A stretch of DNA of 64,000 nt from Candidatus Eiseniibacteriota bacterium (GCA_963762255.1 CAVXKA010000001.1:416001-480000); one strand, 5' to 3'. Positions 29,834-40,529 are shown, numbered from the stretch's first letter. Numbers and translations: made by a program. Notes: generated by a model not told the origin, from the sequence alone.

Positions 29834-29873
29834 TCGCCCATGACCCCGGCATTGCCGCAGTCCGAGTGAACCC

Positions 29874-32252
29874 ATGAGACGAACCCCCGTCATTCTCGCG
29901 TCGATCGCCGTGGTGCTGATCGCGGCCGTGGTCGTCTCCGGCCGGCACCGCGTTCCCGAGGGCGAGATCTGGGTCCGTCTTGACCGCGGGAGACATCCCG
30001 TGGCGGAGGTCGCTCCCGGTTCCCACTGGTGGCCGCCGCTCTCAGGCGGGATCGCGCGTTTCCCCGCCGCACCCGACACCATCTTCTTTCCCGACCCCGC
30101 GCAGGCGGAGACCTACCGCCTCTTCGACGCTGAGGGGAACAGCATCCCGACGCGCTTCGCGGTGACCTACCGCGCGGAGCCCGGCCGAGGAGTCGCGCTC
30201 GCCCGAGCGCTCCTCTCCAGTGCGACATCCGTCCGGACCGGCGCGACCTCCGCGCAAACCGGCGCGCGGCGCGCGCGCGACGCCGGACTCGCCGACACCT
30301 TGCGCGCCCGGCTCGCCCTCGACGGCCGCGCGCTCGCCGCCCGCTTCTCGGGCGATGCGCTCCGCGCCGACGGAGGCCGCGGCCTTGCCGAGGCCCTCGC
30401 ACAAGCCGTGCGCCTCGACGGGCTCACGGTCACGGCCGCGCCGGTGAGCGGCGCCGCCCCCGGCGGCGGGGTGAAGGTGCTGATCGTGGGCGTGGACGCC
30501 GCCGACTGGCTCGTGGCCGATCCGCTCCTGCGCGCCGGGCGCATGCCGAACCTCGCGGCGCTCATCCGGCGCGGCGTGCGCGCGGATTTCCACACGCTCA
30601 CACCCATGCTCTCGCCGCTCCTCTGGACGTCGATCGCCACCGGAGTCACGCCGGACCGCCACGGCATCCTCGACTTCCTCACCCCCGATCCGCGCACCGG
30701 CGAGATGGTGCCGGTCTCGAGCGCGCTTCGCCGCGCCCCAGCATTCTGGAACATCCTCAGCCACTTCGGCGTGAGCCAGGGCATCGTGGCGTGGCTCGCT
30801 ACCTGGCCGGCGGAACCGGTGAGCGGGCACCTGGTGGCGGATCGCTTCGGCTTCCTCGCATTCGCGGGGAAGGTAGCCGAAGGGGACCAAGGCATGACCT
30901 GGCCGCCGGAGTACGAGGAGCATGCGCGGACGCTGGAAGTGCCGGCGACCTCGCTCCCCGTGACCTTCTGGAAGCGCTTCTTCGACGTCCCCGACAGCGA
31001 ACTCGAGAACCTGGGACGAGGGGGTTACCAGAAGGGGAACTTCCTCGAGAACTTCGCTCTCACGGTGAGCACCGCGCTGACCTATACCGCGATCGGCGAG
31101 GACGTGCAGCGCACGGCCGATCCCCGCGTACTCGCCGTGTATTACGAGATGATCGACGCCGCAGGGCACCTCGCCATGCCCTACGCACCGCCCCGACGTC
31201 CGTACATCCCGGAGCGCGATTATGATCGCTACCACCGCGCGATGGACGGCGCCTACGAGCTTCAGGACGAACTCCTCGGCCGGCTTCTCGCCGGGGCCGA
31301 CACCGCCAACACCGTGGTCGTCGTGCTGAGCGATCACGGGATGAAGAGCGGCGACGCGCGCCCGGCCGGGAGCGCCGAGATCGAGGGAGGCGAAGCAGGA
31401 CGTTGGCACCGGGATCCCGGCATCCTGGTGCTGGCCGGTCCCGGCATTCGCCGAGGCGCGGTGCTGGCCGGTGACGCGAACCTGCTCGACATCGCACCCA
31501 CGCTGCTCGCGATGCTCGGCCTTCCCGTGCCGCGGGCGATGATGGGAAAGGTGCTCACCGAGGCATTCGACGTCGCGGGACAGTCGCGGTTCGCGCCGTC
31601 CTTCGTGGATTCGTTGGACCTACGCCCCGAGGTGTGGACGCCGCCCGCATCCACCGGCGCCGCCCTTCTGGGACCGGCCCAGGCGGCCATGCACAATAAC
31701 CTCGGGCTCGTTCTGGAGTCGGAGGGGATGCTCGCCGAGGCGGAGACGGAGTACCGCCGGGCGCTGGAGGCGCTCCCCGCCGATGCCAACGCGCGCAACA
31801 ACCTGGGAAGCATTCTCTTGAGGCAAGGCCGCACCGCTGAGGCGCGCGACATCCTGGAGCGATTGCACCGCGAGCGCCCCGACTACGTGCCGGTTCTCTT
31901 CAACCTGGCCATGCTCTATCGGGAGTCGGAGCGCTTCCCCGAGGCGGAGACGCTCTATCGATCCATCCTCCAGCGCGAGCCCGGCAACGTGAAGGCGGAG
32001 GTCGATCTCGGCCACACGTTGGTGCGATTGAACCGGCTCGACGAGGCGGAGACGCTCTTCCGAAGCGCCCTGGCGATGAACCCCAACGAGGTCAACGCGC
32101 ACTTCGGGTTGGGTCTGGCGGCGGCGACGCGCGGCGATCTCGCAACGGCGGCGGCGGAATTCCGTCGCACCCTGGACCTCGATCCCGGGCACGTTTCGGC
32201 GGCCCAGAACCTGCAAGCGGTGGAGCGAGCCCTGGGCGCCTCGCCGCGTTGA
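29874..32252 (+). CDS. Alkaline-phosphatase/phosphodiesterase-family protein with C-terminal TPRs
   Basis: N-terminal TM; GVDAADW, SPLLWTSIATG, LSDHG motifs; several TPR repeats (HNNLG, RNNLG, LFNLA, HFGLG). Confidence 0.85.
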   Translation: MRRTPVILASIAVVLIAAVVVSGRHRVPEGEIWVRLDRGRHPVAEVAPGSHWWPPLSGGIARFPAAPDTIFFPDPAQAETYRLFDAEGNSIPTRFAVTYRAEPGRGVALARALLSSATSVRTGATSAQTGARRARDAGLADTLRARLALDGRALAARFSGDALRADGGRGLAEALAQAVRLDGLTVTAAPVSGAAPGGGVKVLIVGVDAADWLVADPLLRAGRMPNLAALIRRGVRADFHTLTPMLSPLLWTSIATGVTPDRHGILDFLTPDPRTGEMVPVSSALRRAPAFWNILSHFGVSQGIVAWLATWPAEPVSGHLVADRFGFLAFAGKVAEGDQGMTWPPEYEEHARTLEVPATSLPVTFWKRFFDVPDSELENLGRGGYQKGNFLENFALTVSTALTYTAIGEDVQRTADPRVLAVYYEMIDAAGHLAMPYAPPRRPYIPERDYDRYHRAMDGAYELQDELLGRLLAGADTANTVVVVLSDHGMKSGDARPAGSAEIEGGEAGRWHRDPGILVLAGPGIRRGAVLAGDANLLDIAPTLLAMLGLPVPRAMMGKVLTEAFDVAGQSRFAPSFVDSLDLRPEVWTPPASTGAALLGPAQAAMHNNLGLVLESEGMLAEAETEYRRALEALPADANARNNLGSILLRQGRTAEARDILERLHRERPDYVPVLFNLAMLYRESERFPEAETLYRSILQREPGNVKAEVDLGHTLVRLNRLDEAETLFRSALAMNPNEVNAHFGLGLAAATRGDLATAAAEFRRTLDLDPGHVSAAQNLQAVERALGASPR

Positions 32253-32286
32253 CCACCGAGCCGACCGCCGCCAGCTGAGGATCGGA

Positions 32287-32958
32287 TCAGTTCACGTTCC
32301 GGTGCCGCACGTCCCGCCCTTCGATGGCGAAGATCACTTCCTCGGCCACGTTGGTGGCGTGGTCGGCCAGTCGCTCCAGATACTTGGAGATGAAGATCAA
32401 TCGCGTGGCGCGGCTGATCGTCTTGGCGTCCTCCAGCATGTAGGTCAACAGCTCGCGGAAGACCTGCACGTTCAGCGCGTCCACTTCGTTGTCCGCGACC
32501 AGCACGCGCCTGGCCTGCTCGACATCCCCGGTCACGAACGAATCCAGGGCATCCCGGATCATCGTTCGCACCTTCTCCACCATGACGGGCAGGTCGATGT
32601 AAGGCTTGAGCTGGGGCTCGGTGTTCAACTCCACCACGCGCTCGGCGATGTTGACCGAGAGATCTCCCATGCGTTCGAGATCGGTGGTCACCTTCAGGGC
32701 GGCAACGATGAGGCGCAGATCCCCCGCCGCCGGCTGGCGGAGCGCGATGATCCTGACCGAGAGATCGTCGGACTCCATCTCCATCAGGTCTACATCGTGG
32801 TCCCGCCTCTGCACGTCTTCGGCAAGCTGCGAGTCGCGGGTGGTGAGCGCGGTCAGGCTGTCCGCGATCATGGCCTCCACGAACCCGCCCATCGTGAGAA
32901 TCTTCTTCTTGAGTTCCAGAAGTTCGGCATCGAACTCCTGGCGCACGACTCGCGTCAC
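32287..32958 (-). CDS. phoU: Phosphate signalling protein PhoU
   Basis: RQPAAGDLR, DLERMGD, LERLADHATNVAE; GTG start overlaps pstB stop. Confidence 0.95.
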   Translation of the reverse strand: MTRVVRQEFDAELLELKKKILTMGGFVEAMIADSLTALTTRDSQLAEDVQRRDHDVDLMEMESDDLSVRIIALRQPAAGDLRLIVAALKVTTDLERMGDLSVNIAERVVELNTEPQLKPYIDLPVMVEKVRTMIRDALDSFVTGDVEQARRVLVADNEVDALNVQVFRELLTYMLEDAKTISRATRLIFISKYLERLADHATNVAEEVIFAIEGRDVRHRNVN

Positions 32959-33713
32959 TAGCCGAACCTCCCTGTGATGTAGTCCTCGGTGCTCTTCTGC
33001 TGCGGGTTGGTGAAGAGCTGCTTGGTGGGGGCAAACTCGATGAGTTCCCCCATGTAGAAGTAGCCGGTCATGTCGGAGACCCGCGCCGCCTGCTGCATGT
33101 TGTGGGTCACGATGACCACGGTGTAGTGCTGCTTCAGGCGTTGGATGGTCTCTTCGACCTCCGCGGTGGAGATGGGGTCGAGCGCCGAGGCCGGTTCGTC
33201 CATGAGAAGGACGTCCGGGTTCACGGCCAGCGCGCGCGCGATGCACACCCGCTGTTGCTGGCCGCCCGACAACGAGAGCGCGGACTCGTTCAATCGGTCC
33301 TTCACCTCGTCCCACATGGCCGCCCGCCGCGCGGACTCTTCGACGATCTCGGCCAGCTTGGCCCTGTTCCTGGTTCCGTTCACCCGCGGCCCGTAGGCGA
33401 TGTTCTCGAAGATCGACTTGGGGAAGGGGTTCGACTTCTGAAACACCATCCCCACCCGCCGCCGCAGGTTCACCACGTCGACCCCGCGGGCGTAGATATC
33501 TTCGCCGTCGATGCGGACCTCGCCCTCGATCCGCACGCCGTCGATGAGATCGTTCATGCGGTTGAAGCAACGGAGAAAGGTGGACTTGCCGCAGCCGGAA
33601 GGGCCGATCAGAGCGGTCACGCGGTTGCGGGGCACCTCCATGGAGACGCGCTTCAAGGCCTGCTTCGTCCCGTACCAGAGATCGAGGTTGCGCGTAGTGA
33701 TCTGGATATCCAT
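32958..33713 (-). CDS. pstB: Phosphate ABC transporter ATP-binding protein
   Basis: [43 protein letters not shown]. Confidence 0.97.
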   Translation of the reverse strand: MDIQITTRNLDLWYGTKQALKRVSMEVPRNRVTALIGPSGCGKSTFLRCFNRMNDLIDGVRIEGEVRIDGEDIYARGVDVVNLRRRVGMVFQKSNPFPKSIFENIAYGPRVNGTRNRAKLAEIVEESARRAAMWDEVKDRLNESALSLSGGQQQRVCIARALAVNPDVLLMDEPASALDPISTAEVEETIQRLKQHYTVVIVTHNMQQAARVSDMTGYFYMGELIEFAPTKQLFTNPQQKSTEDYITGRFG

Positions 33714-33715
33714 TG

Positions 33716-34573
33716 CTAGTGCGCCGTCATCTTGCGGAAACGGTTGCGCAGAAATACCGCGGCGAGGTTGAGCACCGTCACGAGCATGAGCAGCACGACC
33801 GCGGTGCCATAGGCCATGGGTCGCGACTTCTCGATCTGCGTCCCCGAGGTCGCGATGACGTAGAGATGATAGGGAAGCGCCATCACCTGGTCGAGGAGCG
33901 AATGGGGCAGACGCGGCAGGAAATAGGCGGCGGCGGTGAAGAGGATGGGCGCGGTCTCGCCCGCTACGCGGCCCACCGAGAGAATGGATCCGGTGAGGAT
34001 TCCCGAGGCCGCGGCCGGAAGCACCACGCGCCGCACCGTCTGCCACTGCGTCGCGCCCAGCGCCAGCGACGCCTCGCGGTAGGACTTCGGCACCGTCTTC
34101 AGCGCCTCTTCGGTGGTGCGGATGATGACGGGCAGCGCCACCAGGGCCAGCGTGAGCCCGCCGGCGAGGATCGACGTTCCGAACCCGAGCCCCTTCACGA
34201 AGAGAGCCATGCCGAAAAGCCCGAACACCACCGAGGGCACGCCGGCCAGGTTGTTGGTTGCGAGCCGGATGGCGCGCTTCAGCAATCCTTCCTTGGCGTA
34301 CTCGTTGAGGTAGATCGCGGAGAGCACGCCGAGCGGGAGCGAAACCGCTACCGCCACCGCGGTGAGAAGAAGCGTGCCTACGATCGCGGGGAGGATACCC
34401 CCTTCCGTCATCCCCTCGCGCGGCATCTGGGAGAGGAACGGCCAGGAGAATGCGGTTGCCGCGCCGCGACTCAGCAGGAACCAGAGAATGATCGCGAGAA
34501 GCCCGACAATGACCAGGCTGTTGAGCCGGAGCAGGTTGAAGAAGACTTGCTCCTGGCGGAGCCGGCTGTCCAT
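33716..34573 (-). CDS. pstA: Phosphate ABC transporter permease
   Basis: [31 protein letters not shown]. Confidence 0.95.
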   Translation of the reverse strand: MDSRLRQEQVFFNLLRLNSLVIVGLLAIILWFLLSRGAATAFSWPFLSQMPREGMTEGGILPAIVGTLLLTAVAVAVSLPLGVLSAIYLNEYAKEGLLKRAIRLATNNLAGVPSVVFGLFGMALFVKGLGFGTSILAGGLTLALVALPVIIRTTEEALKTVPKSYREASLALGATQWQTVRRVVLPAAASGILTGSILSVGRVAGETAPILFTAAAYFLPRLPHSLLDQVMALPYHLYVIATSGTQIEKSRPMAYGTAVVLLMLVTVLNLAAVFLRNRFRKMTAH

Positions 34574-34574
34574 G

Positions 34575-35753
34575 TCACTCCGCCTGCCGGTAGCGCGCGC
34601 TTACCAGATCCGCCACGAGGTTGATGAGAAACGTGATGACGAAGAGCACGATCCCGATGGCGAAGAGCGTCATGTAATGATCGCCCCCCTGCGGAGCCTC
34701 GCCGAGTTCGGCGGCGATCGTGGCGGTGAGCGTGCGCACCGGCACCAGGAGGCTCTTGGGAATCTGCGCCGCGTTTCCGGTGACCATGAGTACGGTCATC
34801 GTCTCCCCGACCGCGCGCCCCACGCCGAGCATCGCCGCCGCGGTGACGCCGGAGAGCGCGGCCGGCACGACCACGCGGACGATCGTCTGCCAGCGGGTCG
34901 CACCCAGGGCGAGCGAGGCCTCGCGATAGGAGCGAGGCACGGCGCCGAGCGCGTCCTCGGAGACGGTGACGATGGTGGGCAGCGACATGATCGCGAGCAT
35001 GATGATGCCGGCGAGCGCGGTCTCTCCGACGTTGAGATCGAAGAGTCGCTGAATGAACGGCACGACCACCACAAGGCCGAAGAAGCCGAACACCACGGAG
35101 GGGATGCCGGCGAGCACTTCGATGGTGGGTTTGAGGATCGCGCGCACGGTGGGGTGCGCGACCTCGGAGAGATAGACCGCTCCCGCCAGCCCCACCGGAA
35201 GCGCCACCACGATCGCGCCCAGGGTCACGAGCAGGCTTCCCAGGATCAGGGCGAGGATGCCGAACTGCGGGGCGGGCTCGGCGGTCGGATACCACGCCGA
35301 CCCGGTGAGGAAGCTCCACAGCGTGATGGGGGGAACCCGAACGCGTTCGACCGCGGCGGCAGCGGCCGGAGCCTCTTCGAGCTCGTCCTCGAACACCGAC
35401 GCCACGCTTCCCTCGGTGCGCGCCACCAGCTCGACGAGCGTCTTCACGTCCTCCTGCGCGTCGAGGTCGTCGTAGTTGAGATAGGCGATGGGAAGCGGAG
35501 CGCCCCCCAACTCCGACCAGTCCGTGATCTTCCGCTCGGAGACGCTGCGCAATTGCGGGCCTGTGATCGTACTCACACCGACGCCCGAATGCGCGACCAG
35601 CACGTGCCCGTACTCGAGCGGCGTCCGGCCGATAATCCCCGCGCCTTCCTTGAACAGGAAGCCGATGATGAGGAGGATCGTTGCCGAGGAGACGAGGGCG
35701 GCTCCGAAGAGCACTCCCCGCATCCCCCGATCGGCGAGCTTACGAAAGGTCAC
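34575..35753 (-). CDS. pstC: Phosphate ABC transporter permease with PstS-like periplasmic insert
   Basis: LAGIPSVVFGFFG, GRAVGETM; insert resembles PstS segment. Confidence 0.93.
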   Translation of the reverse strand: MTFRKLADRGMRGVLFGAALVSSATILLIIGFLFKEGAGIIGRTPLEYGHVLVAHSGVGVSTITGPQLRSVSERKITDWSELGGAPLPIAYLNYDDLDAQEDVKTLVELVARTEGSVASVFEDELEEAPAAAAAVERVRVPPITLWSFLTGSAWYPTAEPAPQFGILALILGSLLVTLGAIVVALPVGLAGAVYLSEVAHPTVRAILKPTIEVLAGIPSVVFGFFGLVVVVPFIQRLFDLNVGETALAGIIMLAIMSLPTIVTVSEDALGAVPRSYREASLALGATRWQTIVRVVVPAALSGVTAAAMLGVGRAVGETMTVLMVTGNAAQIPKSLLVPVRTLTATIAAELGEAPQGGDHYMTLFAIGIVLFVITFLINLVADLVSARYRQAE

Positions 35754-35760
35754 TGCACTC

Positions 35761-36843
35761 TCAGAGCTTGACCGTCCACTGGGTCACGAGCTCGTCGTCG
35801 GCCTCTTTCCCCTCGGCCTCGTACTCGGTGTGCACGAGGTTGACCTGCCAGCGGAAATTGGGGCTGAACACCTTGGCGATCTGTCCGGTGACGAGGAGCC
35901 GTCCGTCGTCGTCGAGATCGGTGTTCGGATCGAACTGCTCCACGCGAGCCCCGGGCTGCCACCCGCTCGCGGTGAGGTAGACCGCTTCGCCGAAGACACC
36001 CAGGAAGGTGGGCGCCTCGAAGTTGACGTGGTGCTTCGCCACGGTCGGCGTTGCCACGGCCTCGTAGTTGTCGCCCCCGAGGACCTCGCCGACGAACTGC
36101 AGCTTGCCGCGCTGGAACAGGACATCCCCGCCCCAGACCGCGAAACTCTTGCCGCTCTCGGTGGTGTCCCCCGCCGAGGCCTCGAGCACATCCAACCGAT
36201 TCATGGCCACGTTGGCGCCCAGCGTGAGTCCGGTCACCGGAGTGACCTCACCGCGGCCGACGATCTGCTTCCCCTGGTTCGTGTCCGCCTTGTACCCTGC
36301 ACCGGTCCCGTTGACCACGGCGAGGTTGAGGAGGACCGGAACGTCGAACTCCCAGAGGTCGGCGGTGGCCATGACCCCCAGATCGTAGGAGGAGGCGAAG
36401 AGCTTCTTCTCCAGTACCCCGTTCACGTAGGCCCGCTCGATCAAGTTGAGATCGGACGAGGGCATCACGAACTCCGAGGTGCTGAACGGCTTCTTGAAGC
36501 TCCCCATCATGACCGAGAAGGCCGGGTAATCGGCCTTCCACGGCGTCCACTCGAGATAGGCGTCCAGGAGTTCGACTTTGTCCGGCACCGCGTTCACCTG
36601 GAGGCGACCCTTGACGTTCGGCGCGATCGCGGATGTGAGGTAGAACCTCGCCCGCCGGACGCTGAAGCCGTTCTCGTCGGCGCGGTCACCCGACAGCACG
36701 TAGTCATAGCGCGGCTGAAGATAAAACTTGATCTCGAACGATTCCGGGCTGTAGCCATACTTCTGCTCGGTAGGCGCCGCGCCCGCCACTTGCGCCGCGA
36801 TGACGCCGACGGCCAAGACGGCCAGCAGCACTCTGCTTCTCAC
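35761..36843 (-). CDS. Phosphate-selective porin (OprO/OprP-like)
   Basis: Signal peptide, FSVRRARF, LLDAY, GSFKKPFS..E motifs, beta-strand pattern; inside pst operon. Confidence 0.85.
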   Translation of the reverse strand: MRSRVLLAVLAVGVIAAQVAGAAPTEQKYGYSPESFEIKFYLQPRYDYVLSGDRADENGFSVRRARFYLTSAIAPNVKGRLQVNAVPDKVELLDAYLEWTPWKADYPAFSVMMGSFKKPFSTSEFVMPSSDLNLIERAYVNGVLEKKLFASSYDLGVMATADLWEFDVPVLLNLAVVNGTGAGYKADTNQGKQIVGRGEVTPVTGLTLGANVAMNRLDVLEASAGDTTESGKSFAVWGGDVLFQRGKLQFVGEVLGGDNYEAVATPTVAKHHVNFEAPTFLGVFGEAVYLTASGWQPGARVEQFDPNTDLDDDGRLLVTGQIAKVFSPNFRWQVNLVHTEYEAEGKEADDELVTQWTVKL

Positions 36844-36904
36844 GAATGGTTCCTCCCCTGAAGGTGGTCACTCGATGCAACGGAAACAAGCCGCTAGCCT
36901 ACCA

Positions 36905-37732
36905 CTAGGACACGGGCTTGATCGGTACATAGCCCACGTCTTGCACGAGCTTCTGACCTTCAGGGGACAGAATGAAATCGATGAACGCCTTGGTCTCGCC
37001 CTTGGGCGCGCCGTTGGTGTAGTAGTACAGATCGCGGGCGATCGGGTAACTGCCGTCGAGGGCCGCCTGCGTCGAGGCCTGCACGTAGGGGGCCTTGGCA
37101 TCCTTGGCCACCGCCAGGGGGCGCACGCCGTCGGTCAGGTAGGCCATCCCGATGTACCCTATTGCGCCCTTCGTCTGACTGATCGACTGCACGATAGCGC
37201 CGGTGGCGGGGGCGAGAAGGGCGGCGGCGGTGTACTCGTTGTTGCCCATCACGTGCTCCCGGAAGAACGCGTAGGTTCCGCTCGATGACTCTCGCGAGTA
37301 CACCACGATGGGCATGTTCGAGCCGCCCACGTCCTTCCAGTTGCTGATAACTCCGGTGAAGATGTCGCTGAGTTGCTGCATGGTCAGCTTCTGGACCGGG
37401 TTCTCCGGGTGCACCACGACGGTGAGCGCGTCCCTCGCGATGACGACATCGGTGACCGCCACGCCCTTCTGCTTGGCCTGACGCTCCTCTTTCGTCTTGA
37501 TCTCCCGCGACGACTGCGCGATATCGCAGGTGCCGTCGATGAGGCCGGCGATCCCGACGCCCGACCCCCCGCCGATTACGGAGATCGAGGCCTTCGCGTT
37601 CTTCTGCAGGAACACTTCCGCTTCCTTCTGGGAGAGCGGCAAAAGGGTATCCGAGCCCTTCACCACCACACCGGCCCACACCGGCGCGGCGGCAAGAACC
37701 GCGGCAAGAATGAATCCAGCAAGTATGCGCAT
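36905..37732 (-). CDS. pstS: Phosphate ABC transporter substrate-binding protein
   Basis: GSDT, GGGSGVG, DIAQSSR, RESSSGT, YPIARDL. Confidence 0.95.
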   Translation of the reverse strand: MRILAGFILAAVLAAAPVWAGVVVKGSDTLLPLSQKEAEVFLQKNAKASISVIGGGSGVGIAGLIDGTCDIAQSSREIKTKEERQAKQKGVAVTDVVIARDALTVVVHPENPVQKLTMQQLSDIFTGVISNWKDVGGSNMPIVVYSRESSSGTYAFFREHVMGNNEYTAAALLAPATGAIVQSISQTKGAIGYIGMAYLTDGVRPLAVAKDAKAPYVQASTQAALDGSYPIARDLYYYTNGAPKGETKAFIDFILSPEGQKLVQDVGYVPIKPVS

Positions 37733-37789
37733 CGTGTCGAGCCTCCTCTAGCGTTGGAGAACTGTGATTGCGCAAGACCGTACGCCCCG

Positions 37790-37820
37790 TTTGTGACAAC
37801 TCGGCGACGGGGATATGAGG
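37790..37820 (-). promoter_or_regulatory. Candidate Pho box upstream of pstS
   Basis: Minus strand CTCAT / GTCGC / GTCAC half-sites at exact 11-bp spacing. Confidence 0.5.
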
Positions 37821-37868
37821 ATTCAGGGACGATCCGTGCGCAAAGTTAATTTGTTGCGTAGTAATTGG

Positions 37869-39647
37869 TTACGCGCCAGGAACCGCCGCCGGCAGGGTGA
37901 AATAGAACAGCGCGCCTCCCTCGGGAGCGTCCTCCACCCCCACGTCTCCGCCGTGGAGCAGGACCGTGTGCTTGACGATGGCCAGCCCCAGCCCCGAGCC
38001 GCCCTCTTCGGAGGAGCGCCCGGTGTCGATCCGGTAGAACCTCTCGAAGACGCGCTCGCGCAGATCGCGCGGCACGCCGGGACCGTGATCGAGCACCTCG
38101 AACCGCACGAACCCGTTTCGCCGGACGGCGCGCACGCGCACGATGGAGCCCGGCGGGCTCACCCGGACCGCGTTATCGAGAAGGTTGAGCAGAACCGTCT
38201 CCAGTCCGTGGCGATCCGCCATCACCGCCGGCAGCGAGTCCGCTTGCTCCTTCTCCAGGCGAATGCCGCGCTCTTCGGCGCGAGGTCCGAGGGTTTCGAC
38301 CACCTGATTCAGCATCGCGTCCACGACCAGCGGCTCCAGAACGAGCTTCGCCTGCGCGGACTCGAGTTCGGCGAGCCGGGACAGATCCCGCACCAGCCGC
38401 TCGAGACGCCGCCCGTTGCGGGCGATCACGGCGAGGAACCGGGCGCGCTCCTCGGCGGATAGATCCTCCGCATGCTCCAACGTCTCCAGGTAGCCGAGGA
38501 TCGCCGATAGCGGCGTGCGCAGCTCGTGCCCGATGTTGGCCACCATCTCGCGTCGCGCGGACTCCAGCCGCCGCAGGCGAGAAACGTCATGCAGCACGAT
38601 CACGATCCCGCTTTCGAGCGGCACCAGCGTCACGTTGAGCGTGTGTCGCTCCGGCTCCAGGACCCGAAGCTCGACGGTCTCCGCGCGGTCCTGCGCCAGC
38701 ACGCGATCCACCGCCTGCTGCAGCTCGGCGCTGCGCACCGCCTCGACCGGCGTCCTCCCCACCAGATCGTCCCCGCTGCCGAGCAGGTTTCGCGCGGCGG
38801 CGTTGGCCAGCGTGATCCGTCCGGCGGCATCCAGGGCGAGGATGCCGTCGGGCATCCCCTGCAAGAGGCGCTCGAGCCGCAGCCGCTCGATCTCGACGGC
38901 AAGAATCTCGTGCCGCAACGAGTCGGCCAGGTGGTTCACCGCCGACGCGAGTTCCTGCACCTCCGCGGCGCCGCGCGGCTCTACGCGTCGATCCAGCGCC
39001 CCGTCGGCGATCAGGCGCGTCTCCGCGCTGAGCTGGGCCACCGGACGCGTGATGCGCCGCGCCGCCACGGTGCCGAGCAGTGCGGAGAATCCGAGCGCTC
39101 CCAGCACCACCGCGATCAATCGCCCAAGACCGCGGTTTTGCTCGGCGATCACCCGCGTCATGGGAAGCGCCGCGCGGGCCGCGCCGAGGGGCCGCACCGC
39201 CGGCCCCCAACGCACCGCGACATAAGCCATCGGCGTCTTGAGCGTCGGGCTCTGGCGGGACGAGCGCCCCACACCGCGCTCCAGCGCCGCCATGACTTCC
39301 GGGCGCTCCCGATGGTTCTCCATCGCCTGCACGTCCGCGGCGGCCACTCCGGATTCCGCAAGCACGGCTCCGCCCGCGTCGATCACGGTGAGACGCATGC
39401 CGGTCTCGCGGTGGAGAAGTCGCACGAGCCTGTCGCACTCCCCGCGTAGCCGCGCGGGATCGGCGAGCACGCTGTCACCCGCGGCGGGCAGGAGCGCGGC
39501 CAGCACGCGCGCCTGATCGAGCAGGCGGTCGTCCAGCTCCTGGCGACGCTCGCGATGCAACTCGACGTTCCACAAGAGCGTGACCGCCCCCAGCGCCACG
39601 AGGCTCACCGCAAACGAGAGCAGGGCCAGGCGCGCGTGGATTCGCAT
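37869..39647 (-). CDS. phoR: Phosphate regulon sensor histidine kinase
   Basis: TM-Cache-HAMP-PAS-HisKA (HELRTPL)-HATPase; adjacent to pst operon. Confidence 0.9.
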   Translation of the reverse strand: MRIHARLALLSFAVSLVALGAVTLLWNVELHRERRQELDDRLLDQARVLAALLPAAGDSVLADPARLRGECDRLVRLLHRETGMRLTVIDAGGAVLAESGVAAADVQAMENHRERPEVMAALERGVGRSSRQSPTLKTPMAYVAVRWGPAVRPLGAARAALPMTRVIAEQNRGLGRLIAVVLGALGFSALLGTVAARRITRPVAQLSAETRLIADGALDRRVEPRGAAEVQELASAVNHLADSLRHEILAVEIERLRLERLLQGMPDGILALDAAGRITLANAAARNLLGSGDDLVGRTPVEAVRSAELQQAVDRVLAQDRAETVELRVLEPERHTLNVTLVPLESGIVIVLHDVSRLRRLESARREMVANIGHELRTPLSAILGYLETLEHAEDLSAEERARFLAVIARNGRRLERLVRDLSRLAELESAQAKLVLEPLVVDAMLNQVVETLGPRAEERGIRLEKEQADSLPAVMADRHGLETVLLNLLDNAVRVSPPGSIVRVRAVRRNGFVRFEVLDHGPGVPRDLRERVFERFYRIDTGRSSEEGGSGLGLAIVKHTVLLHGGDVGVEDAPEGGALFYFTLPAAVPGA

Positions 39648-40330
39648 CAGGCGCGGAACCGATAGCCCACGCCGCGCACGGTTTCGATGGCGTCCGCGCC
39701 GGCGCCGAGTTTGGATCGCAGCCGTTTCACGTGGGTGTCGACGGTGCGGTCGGTCACGAACACGTCGGCCCCCCAGACGTTGTCGAGCAGTGCCTCGCGG
39801 TTCAAGACCCGGCCGGGGCGATCCATGAAGAACGCCAGTAGATTGAACTCCGTCGGCGTGAGGACCAGCGCTTCGCCGCCCACCGTGACCTCGTGCCGGC
39901 CCCGATCCAATTGGATGCCGCCTCGCTGGACGACCTTCTCTTCGCTGTGCCCGTCCGGTGTCGCACGCCGAAGCAGCGCTTTCACCCGAAGCGTGAGTTC
40001 GCGCGGGCTGAAGGGCTTCACCACGTAGTCCTCGGCGCCCAACTCGAAACCGACGACGCGATCCACTTCCTCGCCGCGAGCGGTCAGGAAGATCACCGGG
40101 ATCGAAGCGGTGGCCGCGTCCTGGCGGAGCTTGCGCAGGATGTCGGTGCCCTGGACGTCGGGGAGCATGATGTCGAGGAGGATGAGATCGGGGCGCTTCT
40201 CCGCGGCCAGTCGCGCCCCCTCGGAGCCGCGCGCCGCGGTCAACACGTCGAAGCCCGCCGCCTTCAGGTGGTGGGCGATCAGATCGAGCAGGTCGCGTTC
40301 ATCGTCGATCACGAGCACGGTCTGCGGCAT
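39647..40330 (-). CDS. phoB: OmpR-family response regulator of phosphate regulon
   Basis: DLILLDIMLP, KPFSPREL, RTVDTHVKRLR, TVRGVGY. Confidence 0.9.
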   Translation of the reverse strand: MPQTVLVIDDERDLLDLIAHHLKAAGFDVLTAARGSEGARLAAEKRPDLILLDIMLPDVQGTDILRKLRQDAATASIPVIFLTARGEEVDRVVGFELGAEDYVVKPFSPRELTLRVKALLRRATPDGHSEEKVVQRGGIQLDRGRHEVTVGGEALVLTPTEFNLLAFFMDRPGRVLNREALLDNVWGADVFVTDRTVDTHVKRLRSKLGAGADAIETVRGVGYRFRA

Positions 40331-40382
40331 GACGTCCGCATTCTAGGGCAAGCCCGCGCGAGGCGACAGCGCGGGGAGCGAT

Positions 40383-40400
40383 CGTCACCAAGATGTCACC
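40383..40400. promoter_or_regulatory. Pho-box-like direct repeat upstream of phoB
   Basis: CGTCACC-AAGA-TGTCACC, GTCAC repeated at 11-bp spacing (on + strand, opposite to phoB). Confidence 0.45.
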
Positions 40401-40470
40401 GGCGGCCCGGCTTGGCCGGAGCCGAGCGCACGGTCCGTCACCCGGCTTGGCCGGCGCGGCCACTGCGGGT

Positions 40471-40492
40471 ATACTAAACATCCGTTTCCTAT
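40471..40492. promoter_or_regulatory. Palindromic operator upstream of helicase-exonuclease operon (candidate LexA box)
   Basis: ATACTAAAC-ATCC-GTTTCCTAT overlapping a TATACT -10 element; 16/22 identical to the dinB site. Confidence 0.5.
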
Positions 40493-40529
40493 CGCGCCGC
40501 CGAACCGAACGCCCCGGAGGGTTTGACGC

